A DNA stretch of 64,000 bases, from contig CAWFNQ010000002.1 in assembly GCA_963817245.1 (NCBI GenBank), positions 35,281-99,280 on the forward strand, read 5' to 3'. The notes beneath the pieces are model-generated. The model worked only from the letters and a program-made list of their open reading frames with translations, had not been told where the DNA came from and did no database searches. This DNA comes from an uncultured Chloroflexia bacterium. GTDB taxonomy: Bacteria > Chloroflexota > Limnocylindria > Limnocylindrales > CSP1-4. Position numbers and translations under genes: made by a program. Of the stretch, positions 57,295 through 64,000 are shown piece by piece; position 1 is the first letter of the stretch; each line of letters begins with the position of its first letter.

Positions 57295-57801
57295 CTACTG
57301 GACCGTGAGCGTCCCGGTCATGTTCGAGTGCACCGTGCACACGAACGGATAGGAGCCCGGAGCCAGCGGCCCGACCGAGAACGTCTTGGTCGCTACGCCC
57401 GGGAAGATGTCGGTCACGAAGACCTTCGCGCCGTTCGCGTCCTTGATCTCGACGTCGTGCGGCGTACCGGCATCCTCGTTATCGAATGCGAGGGTGAACC
57501 CGGTCGACGGCGCGGTGACGGTCGGCGTCGTGAACTGGATGTTCTGGGCCGTGATCGTCACCGTCGGCCCGCCGCCGCCCGAGCCGGACGGGGCCGGGGC
57601 GCTGCCCGATGGCGCGGCCGAACCCGATGGTGCCGCGGACGCGCCGGCCGAGGGTTCGGTGCTCGGAACCGGCGTCGGGGGCGGGGCCGGCGCGTAGGTC
57701 CAGCCGGCCGATGTGGAGCTGCATGCCGCCGCGAACGCGGCGATCACGAGGAGGGCCAGCAGGGCCGGGACGAGGGGTCGCGGGTGGGGCATGGGCAGCA
57801 T
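57295..57801 (-). CDS. Cupredoxin (blue-copper, amicyanin/plastocyanin-like) lipoprotein
   Basis: Lipobox AAFAAAC-S, then a Pro/Ser/Ala linker, then ...GTPHDVEIKD...YPFVCTVHSNMTGTLTV (His, Cys, His, Met copper ligand pattern). Confidence 0.8.
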   Translation of the reverse strand: MLPMPHPRPLVPALLALLVIAAFAAACSSTSAGWTYAPAPPPTPVPSTEPSAGASAAPSGSAAPSGSAPAPSGSGGGGPTVTITAQNIQFTTPTVTAPSTGFTLAFDNEDAGTPHDVEIKDANGAKVFVTDIFPGVATKTFSVGPLAPGSYPFVCTVHSNMTGTLTVQ

Positions 57802-58041
57802 CGGGACCTCTGTCAGGACGGTCGCGGGGACCTCTGGTGTAAACGGCGGCGCGTCGGTGCACCGGGGGTGAGCCCATCGAATCTACCCGTTCACGCACGG
57901 ATGTGTCCCCTGTTGCACCTCGAGTACTACGGACCCCCCAGGACTATCGGGCCGATTGTGGCGAGCTCGAGCCAACCCGTAGGCTCGCTATCCACCTCCC
58001 GCAGCGGGAGTGTCTTCGCCCAATAGATCGGAGCCCCCCCG

Positions 58042-58146
58042 ATGGTCAAGCAGTACACCCAGCGAGCTTGGCGCCTCGCCATGACGGTCGCTTCGCTGGC
58101 CGCCATCGCCCTCACCCTCGCCGCCGGCAATCGCTGGCACAGCTAA
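58042..58146 (+). CDS. Possible 34-aa single-TM peptide (below the ORF-track cutoff)
   Basis: Hand translation gives MVKQYTQRAWRLAMTVASLAAIALTLAAGNRWHS*. GGAGC lies 8 nt upstream, and GC3 is high throughout. Confidence 0.3.
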   Translation: MVKQYTQRAWRLAMTVASLAAIALTLAAGNRWHS

Positions 58147-58292
58147 GTCACCAACTCTTCGCTCGCCTGACCGGTCCCTCCCGGTCGAGGCGATCCGCGA
58201 CCCCGAGAGACCCGGAGACCCTCCCTCCGGGTCTCGCGGCATCTCCGGGGGTTCGCGCTTCGACGGCCCGGCCTCCGCAGCGCCCCGGATCG

Positions 58293-61200
58293 TCAGCCCG
58301 GGCGACGGTCGGTGAGTCCGAGGCGGATCGCCACCGCGGCGGCCTCGACGCGGCCCGACACCTCGAGCTTGGCCAGGATGTTCCCGACGTGAACACCCAC
58401 CGTCTTCTGGCTGATGAACAGCCGCTCCCCGATCTCGCGATTCGTCCGCCCCTGCGCCACGAGCGCCAGCACTTCCCGTTCTCGACCTGACAGCCCGAAC
58501 GTGTCGGCGCGGCGCGCGGGACCCGATGGTTCGCCGGCGATGACCCGGACCAGCTCGGAAGGGACCGCGGCGCCGTGGCTGGCGCGAGCCGGCTCGATCG
58601 GGATCGCCACGGTCATCCGGCCCAGCCGCTCGTCCATCGCCGAGGCGAGTTCGGGCGGGAGGCTGATGAGCGCTCGGCCGGCGAGCTCCGCGAGCTCCTG
58701 GAGCAGCGGGCGGGCCTCCAGTTCGAGGGCGATGCGCACCGATTCCGCAAGCGGCTTGCGCGCGACCGCCCGGCTCGATCGGCCGGTGCCACCGGCGAGG
58801 ATCGCCTCGGCCTGCCGCCAGCGCGCGAGGGCGACCTCGTAGGGTGCCGTGAGGTCGGCCCACATGGCGGCGACCCTGGACCACACGTCGGCATCGTCGT
58901 CGCCCTCGAGGCGTCGCTGGTAACCGCGGGCCGTGGCGAGATACGCCTCGGCGATCCGCCGCGAACCCGTGGATGCCGGCGCTCCACCCGCCGCGACCAG
59001 GCGGCCGGCGTCGCGGAGCACCGCCGCGGTCCGGCTCCGGGCGGTGGCCAGCGGGGCGAGCTGCCGGCGCTCGCGCGCCTCGGCACCGACCGCGGCATCG
59101 ACGCGCGCGACCATGGCGGCCATCCGTGCGGCGAGGATCCAGTCCTCGGTCGGGGCGACAACGGCCCAGCCGCGCTCGATCGATCGACTCGCGTCCGCGA
59201 CGTCGCCGCGCCACAGGCCGTACGAGGCCGCCGCGAGGTAGTACGGCCCGGCGAACTGCGAGTCGCGCAACGCGTCGTACTCGAGCACGGTCTGGCCGAG
59301 CAGCTGGGCGGCGCGCTCGCCCGCGTCGGACTCGATCTCGACGGTGGCGAGCTGGACGATGCCCATCAGGAACGCCACCCCCACCGGCTTCCAGGCGAGG
59401 GCCGTCCGGCTCAGCTCGCGAGCCTCGGGCCAGCGCCCGAGGAGCACGAGGGTCTCCATCACGTTGCCGGCGAGGAAATTGCCGTAGACGGCCTCGAGGT
59501 CGAACCGGGCCGCATCCTCGATGCCCCGATAGGCGACATCGACGGCCTCGGATCGGCGACCGACGAGGTCGAGGACCGTCGTGAGGTTCGCGGTGATCCG
59601 GAAGATGATGTCGGGGTCATCGAGGGTGCGCGCGGTCGCCTCGGCCTCCCGCAACAGCTCGAGGGCGGCATCGGGGTCGCGGCCCCAGGCCATGGCCACG
59701 GCGAGCGTCGTGGTCGCGTGGACGACCTCGGCCTCATCGACGGGCGTGCACGCCCGAGCGACACGGATCGCGTCCTTCGCGTGGCGCTGGGCGTCGGAGA
59801 AGATGCCATCGAGCATCAGCAGCTGCGCGAGCAGGGCCACGACCCGCGCGCGCTCCCTGGTGGGTTCGCGCGGGACGAGTTCGACCGCGCGTCGTGACGC
59901 GGCGATGGCGGCGTTCGGATCGCCCACGACCTGGAGCATCCAGGCGAGGCGGCCGTAGAGGAGCCCGATCCGGACGCGGTCCCGGCGCGGATCGAGCCCG
60001 GCGATCGCGGATTCGAGGAAGGCCGCCGCCCGCGAGGTGCGGCCGATCGAGAAGGCCGCCTCCGCCGCCCGCACCTGGAGGTCGATCCGGTCGTCGCCCC
60101 GCCGGTCGGCGCGGCGACGCGCCCGCTCGGTCCGGCCACCCTGGTCGGTCAAGGCCAGCGCGAGCTCGAGCGCGTCGAGCTCATCCGCAGCCGCGTGGCG
60201 GGCCGCGGCCAGGTCGGCCGCCTGGATCGCCGCTTCGCGGGCGGCCCGCGCGTCGTGGGCCTGCAGCCAGTGGTACGTGGCCGCGGCCGGGGTGTCCTCG
60301 AGCCCGACGGCGAGCGCCGCGTGGTGGCGGGTCCGGTTATGGGGCAGGAGGTCGCGCTCGACGGCCGCTCCGATGAGCTCGTGCCGGAAGGCGACACCGT
60401 CCGGCCGTTCGACGAGGAAGCCGTTCTCGATGCCCTCGGTCAGGCCGGCCGTGAGGTCCGCGTCGAGCGCGCCCTGGCCTCGGCGAGGGCCGCTGACCGA
60501 GCGCGGCGCCGGCCGGTCGGCATCGGCCTCGTACTCGGCGGCGATGAACGAGAGCCGCTCCCGGCCGATCGGCCGGCCCGCGGGGGCCAGGAGGCGCAGG
60601 ACGCGCCGGCACTCCACGGACCGGATCGCCATCCGGCCGACGACGATCTCACCGAGCGAGCCGGTCAGCGACACGGTCGGCAGCTCGCGACGCGCCGCCA
60701 GGAGTTCCTCGGCCACGAGCGGCAACCCACCGGAACGTTCCGCGACGAGCAGCAGGACGCTGGCCGAGGCACGTTCGCCCTCGATCCCCTCGATCAGCGT
60801 CGCGAGCTCGCTCCGGTCGAGCGGCGGCAGCATCAGCCGGACGGGCGGCACCTCGGCCGCCCCGAGGGCCCCGCCCGTGTCGGTCCAGGGGTCGCTCCGG
60901 AACGGACCGTCCACCGCCTCGGACGCGATGATCGCCAGGCGCTGGTGCGCCGCGATACGGCCGAGGAACGTCACGAGGGCGCGCGTCGCGGCATCGGCAT
61001 GGTGGAGGTCCTCGATCACGACGACGACCGGCCGCGCCTCCCCGAGCCGCCCAAGGGTGCCGAGCACGCCCTCGAGCGTCCGAGCCTGACGGCGCTCCGG
61101 CGAACCGGGCGGTCGGGGCGGGACGCCCGCCCGCTCGAGCCGGGCGGCGACCGCGGGAAGCAACAAGGCGACATCACCCGCCGCCGGGCCCAGGGCCCGC

Positions 61201-61496
61201 TCGAGCACGTCGTCGGGCAGGGCGGCGAGGACCGGTTCGAGGGCGCGGACCACCGGCCCGTACGGCTCGTCCGTGCCGGCCGGCCGCGCACGGCCTCGCA
61301 GCACGGTCATCGGCTCGTGGAGACCGCCGATCCGGCCGATGGCTTCGTCGAGGAACCGGCTCACCCCGACACCCGGGCGTCCGCCGATGAGCATGGCGCG
61401 AGCCTGCCCCCGGGCGGCGTCGTCGAGCACGGCGGCGAGGCGCGCGAACGCGTCTTCGCGCCCGACGAACCGCACGCTCGAATATCGGCCGGGCAT
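58293..61496 (-). CDS. Large ATP-binding LuxR-family regulator (LAL/MalT-like: AAA ATPase + TPR-like region + LuxR HTH)
   Basis: FVGREDAFARLAAVL...MLIGGRPGVGVSRF is the P-loop. VVVIEDLHHADAAT is Walker B. A long helical-repeat middle follows. The C-terminal LSGREREVLALVAQGRTNREIGERLFISQKTVGVHVGNILAKL is the LuxR HTH. Intact. Preferred start is MPGRYSS (61496); the ORF-track start is 61565. Confidence 0.85.
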   Translation of the reverse strand: MPGRYSSVRFVGREDAFARLAAVLDDAARGQARAMLIGGRPGVGVSRFLDEAIGRIGGLHEPMTVLRGRARPAGTDEPYGPVVRALEPVLAALPDDVLERALGPAAGDVALLLPAVAARLERAGVPPRPPGSPERRQARTLEGVLGTLGRLGEARPVVVVIEDLHHADAATRALVTFLGRIAAHQRLAIIASEAVDGPFRSDPWTDTGGALGAAEVPPVRLMLPPLDRSELATLIEGIEGERASASVLLLVAERSGGLPLVAEELLAARRELPTVSLTGSLGEIVVGRMAIRSVECRRVLRLLAPAGRPIGRERLSFIAAEYEADADRPAPRSVSGPRRGQGALDADLTAGLTEGIENGFLVERPDGVAFRHELIGAAVERDLLPHNRTRHHAALAVGLEDTPAAATYHWLQAHDARAAREAAIQAADLAAARHAAADELDALELALALTDQGGRTERARRRADRRGDDRIDLQVRAAEAAFSIGRTSRAAAFLESAIAGLDPRRDRVRIGLLYGRLAWMLQVVGDPNAAIAASRRAVELVPREPTRERARVVALLAQLLMLDGIFSDAQRHAKDAIRVARACTPVDEAEVVHATTTLAVAMAWGRDPDAALELLREAEATARTLDDPDIIFRITANLTTVLDLVGRRSEAVDVAYRGIEDAARFDLEAVYGNFLAGNVMETLVLLGRWPEARELSRTALAWKPVGVAFLMGIVQLATVEIESDAGERAAQLLGQTVLEYDALRDSQFAGPYYLAAASYGLWRGDVADASRSIERGWAVVAPTEDWILAARMAAMVARVDAAVGAEARERRQLAPLATARSRTAAVLRDAGRLVAAGGAPASTGSRRIAEAYLATARGYQRRLEGDDDADVWSRVAAMWADLTAPYEVALARWRQAEAILAGGTGRSSRAVARKPLAESVRIALELEARPLLQELAELAGRALISLPPELASAMDERLGRMTVAIPIEPARASHGAAVPSELVRVIAGEPSGPARRADTFGLSGREREVLALVAQGRTNREIGERLFISQKTVGVHVGNILAKLEVSGRVEAAAVAIRLGLTDRRPG

Positions 61497-61587
61497 GCGC
61501 CATTCTAGGCGGGGTCGATCGGGCGGCGACAGACCCCCGCCCGGACCCGAGGTGTCGGGACGCACCTGGTATCGCTACGCTGCCCCG

Positions 61588-62511
61588 ATGACCGACGGAC
61601 GCGCCGCCCCCCACCCCGACAACACGCTCAACGAGCTCTCGGGCGAGGCGTGGCTCTACTTCACGAAGTCGGTCCTCACCACCGCCTATCCATCCGAGCT
61701 CGGCCACCTGGCCCGCAAGGCCCACGGGGCGAACAAGCCGCCGCGGCTGATGGCGCGGCTCATCGAGTTCTTCACCCGCAGCGGCGACCTCGTCCTCGAC
61801 CCGTTCGCGGGGGTCGGCGGCACGCTCCTGGGGGCGGCCATCGCCCACGGTCCGCGGCGGGCGCTCGGCATCGAGCTCGATCCGCGCTGGGTGCGCATCT
61901 ACGAGGACGTGGTCGCCGCGCTGTGTGCCGAACGCGACGGACTGGGCCCGCTGATCGCCGACCTGGGCGCGTCCGACCCGGGCGGGCCGCGCGGCTTCGA
62001 CCCGTCGGGTTGCGAGATGCGGACCGGCGACGCGCTTGCGATGCTGCCGAACCTCGGGGCCGAGACGGTCGACTTCGTGGCCATGGACCCGCCGTACAAC
62101 GTCCAGCTGCCGCTGACGATGGCCGGTGGCAAGCTCGCCGAGGCCCATGCCAACCGGCGGACGGACTACGCGATGGTCACCGATTCACCGGCGGATCTCG
62201 CGAACGCGCCCGACTACCCTACGTTCCTCGACCGGATGGAGGAGGCCTTCGACGGCGTCGTGCGCGTCCTTCGGCCGGGGCGCTACGCCGTCGTGATCGT
62301 GCGGGACGCCTACCAGGACGGTCGGTACCTGTTCACGGCCTCGGACCTGGCCGCCCGGGCGGACCGTGCAGGGCTCGTCCCCAAGGGCGATCTCATCTGG
62401 TACCAGGCCGGCACGCGCCTTCGGCCGTACGGCTACCCGCGAGCCTTCGTCCCGAACATCGCCCACCAGCACATCGTCGTGCTGCGCAAGGAACCGTCGA
62501 GCCGGCGCTGA
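61588..62511 (+). CDS. N6/N4 DNA methyltransferase-family protein with circularly permuted motif order; no adjacent restriction gene
   Basis: KPPRLMARLIEFFTRSGDLVLDPFAGVGGTLLGA (AdoMet-binding motif I region) precedes MRTGDALAMLPNLGAETVDFVAMDPPYN (motif IV). This is the reverse of the usual order in this family. 307 aa from ATG 61588. Confidence 0.7.
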   Translation: MTDGRAAPHPDNTLNELSGEAWLYFTKSVLTTAYPSELGHLARKAHGANKPPRLMARLIEFFTRSGDLVLDPFAGVGGTLLGAAIAHGPRRALGIELDPRWVRIYEDVVAALCAERDGLGPLIADLGASDPGGPRGFDPSGCEMRTGDALAMLPNLGAETVDFVAMDPPYNVQLPLTMAGGKLAEAHANRRTDYAMVTDSPADLANAPDYPTFLDRMEEAFDGVVRVLRPGRYAVVIVRDAYQDGRYLFTASDLAARADRAGLVPKGDLIWYQAGTRLRPYGYPRAFVPNIAHQHIVVLRKEPSSRR

Positions 62512-62545
62512 TGCGGGCGGCTCCCGGGCCGCGCCGATCCCCCGA

Positions 62546-64000
62546 TCAGCCGGCGCGCTCCCTCGAGGCGATGTACGCGGCGAGGACGTCGTCGTCGACG
62601 TCGGACTCACCCATCGTCCAGGTGTCGGCGGCGAGGGGAAGCGAGGCGCTCGGAGCGTCGCCGAGGGAGGGCTGACCGACCGGGTTGCCCAGGGTCATCT
62701 TGTGGATCCAGCCGCGACCGCCGTCCGGGCACGCCACGAGCCAGTAGACGCCCTGCTTCTCGAGCAGCTCGACCTCGTCGCCCTCGCCGAGCACCCCGAT
62801 CTCGCGGCCACGAAGCTCGTCGGGGGCGTCGAGCAGGCGAACGACCGTATAGCGGATCTGGCGACGCTCGGTCCCCGCGAGCGAGCCGTTGAAGCCGTGG
62901 TCGAACGCGAGCCGGGGCGCCGGGCCGCTCGTGCGCAGCGGGTCGGCCTTGCGGGCCTGGAGGAGCGACGGCCGGCGCCAGCGCGGCAGCAGCGCTTCGG
63001 CTTCGGCGTCGAACCCCTCGGGCCCGGCCAGGCTGCCCTCGTCTTCTTCGTCGTCTTCGAGGAGGCCGGCCAGGGCGCCGACGCCGACGCCGATCCCCTC
63101 GGCCGCGGCGACCGCCATCACCTCATCAGGCTCGGGCTGTTCCTCGTCCCGGCGACGGCGACCGAACAGCCCGAGGGCCATGGCCGATGCCGCGACGCCG
63201 GTCGTCGTGACGACCGTCGGCATGAACGGCAGGACGGGCATCGTCGGCGACCCGAACCCGACGATGGCGGCGAGACTGGCGAGCGGGCCCCAGGTGTGCT
63301 CCCCGCCGCTGCCGTTGCGGCCGCCGGTCGGTGACCCGGGCCCGGCCGGCGTGCCGGAACCGCCCGTGCCCGTGGCGTCGTCACCGGTCGGCGTCAGCAC
63401 CGCGGTGACCGCCGCGCTCGGCGAGGGGGAGGGCGATCCGACGGTCGCGTCGGCGCTCGGTTCTGCGTCGAACGGGCTGTCGGGGTCGGTCCATGCCGGC
63501 CCAGCCGAGTCGGTCGTCGTGCTGGGCGCCGTCGTGGGTCCCGAGCCGTCGCTGCCGGGGATCTCCGGTGCCGTCCGCGGTTGGATCCGGTCGGGCGCGG
63601 GGGTCGGCTTGGGGGTCGCGTGCGACGTGATCTCCGGCTGCGGCGTGGGCCTATGCGTGGGTCTGGGAGTGGGCTTGGGCTTCGGGGTCGGCGTCGGCGT
63701 CGGCGTCGGCGTGGGTGCCGGGCCGACCTGGATGGCACCGCCGCCCATCGCCAGCGCCTGGCCGCCGTGGCTTCGCGCCTCGAACGACACGTCGTACTGC
63801 CCGTTCTTGAAGCGGCCCGTCCAGCGGTAGACGACGCCCGCGCGCCAGTCGTGACCGTTCGCCCGGCGAAGGCGATGGGTCTCCCCGCCGACGCGAACGT
63901 TGATCGAGTCCGGCCAGAAGCCGGACGGGTCGCGGTACGTGACCGAGAAGGTGAACCGGGTGTCGCTCGTGCCGGCCCGTGGCGTGACGTTCGGCCCGGA
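62546..64000 (-). CDS. Partial (5' end outside window) single-pass membrane protein: extracellular domain, Pro/Thr-rich linker, TM, cytoplasmic SH3-like domain
   Basis: The frame stays open to the window edge (hand translation [39 protein letters not shown]...). It continues with [18 protein letters not shown], then [20 protein letters not shown], then C-terminal [56 protein letters not shown]. Confidence 0.65.
   Translation of the reverse strand, partial: SGPNVTPRAGTSDTRFTFSVTYRDPSGFWPDSINVRVGGETHRLRRANGHDWRAGVVYRWTGRFKNGQYDVSFEARSHGGQALAMGGGAIQVGPAPTPTPTPTPTPKPKPTPRPTHRPTPQPEITSHATPKPTPAPDRIQPRTAPEIPGSDGSGPTTAPSTTTDSAGPAWTDPDSPFDAEPSADATVGSPSPSPSAAVTAVLTPTGDDATGTGGSGTPAGPGSPTGGRNGSGGEHTWGPLASLAAIVGFGSPTMPVLPFMPTVVTTTGVAASAMALGLFGRRRRDEEQPEPDEVMAVAAAEGIGVGVGALAGLLEDDEEDEGSLAGPEGFDAEAEALLPRWRRPSLLQARKADPLRTSGPAPRLAFDHGFNGSLAGTERRQIRYTVVRLLDAPDELRGREIGVLGEGDEVELLEKQGVYWLVACPDGGRGWIHKMTLGNPVGQPSLGDAPSASLPLAADTWTMGESDVDDDVLAAYIASRERAG

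Noticed and set aside
150-57300. Programmed ribosomal frameshifting or transcriptional slippage as the cause of the frame changes.
   Set aside because: There are too many sites (several per gene). They lack a shared slippery heptamer or downstream structure. Both +1 and -1 changes occur. The affected genes belong to families that have no known recoding.

Overview
The window is very GC-rich (about 70% by eye) and looks like a chromosomal segment from an Actinomycetota-type organism. Supporting signs are strong GC3 codon bias, frequent GTG starts, 4-nt ATGA/GTGA gene overlaps, an F420-reductase-like gene and a 6C-motif-like RNA element. Many long ORFs in the six-frame track are antisense artefacts of the GC content. 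I called genes only where the translation looks protein-like.

Contents, left to right:
- 198-4313 (-): a DUF62 SAM-hydrolase gene followed by an ECF transporter module.
- 4365-5706: small lipoprotein and membrane genes flanked by a repeated two-hairpin RNA element.
- 6294-10665 (+): a tightly coupled operon of membrane protein, WYL regulator, CAP-domain secreted protein and SAMHD1-like HD dNTPase.
- 10669-14486: an M23 peptidase, a MetE-like gene and a large membrane protein.
- 14565-18782 (+): a dapB-dapA-dapD-lysA operon preceded by a promoter, a Lys-codon leader ORF and a terminator.
- 19458-22467: tRNA-Arg(UCG) followed by a 2.9-kb islet. The islet is bounded by a 23-bp repeat of the tRNA 3' end and carries one cyclase-NTPase-TPR (STAND-like) gene.
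- 22715-35755: assorted redox and small-molecule genes (SnoaL, NHL, PadR, SDR, methyltransferase, NuoF-like plus ferredoxin, SIMPL, VOC, EamA, F420 reductase, XRE-cupin, kynA) and an 82-nt tandem repeat.
- 35904-38821 (+): pntAA-pntAB-pntB.
- 38901-48525 (+): PiT plus DUF47, anSME plus arylsulfatase plus MFS, an aquaporin and a DUF2252 gene.
- 48572-55345 (-): a PPK2, P-type ATPase, CHAD and DUF1269 cluster, plus an RCK channel.
- 55503-64000: Qor, an AlaX-like gene, a cupredoxin, a 1067-aa LAL/LuxR regulator, a circularly permuted orphan DNA methyltransferase and a partial membrane protein.

The most striking global property is that about 19 genes have broken reading frames. I counted roughly 40-45 lesions by hand, not by computation, and they are strongly clumped. 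Most junctions I could resolve are 1-nt length changes in short G/C runs, so assembly error and real gene decay cannot be separated from sequence alone.

I found no CRISPR array, no rRNA and no transposase or integrase.
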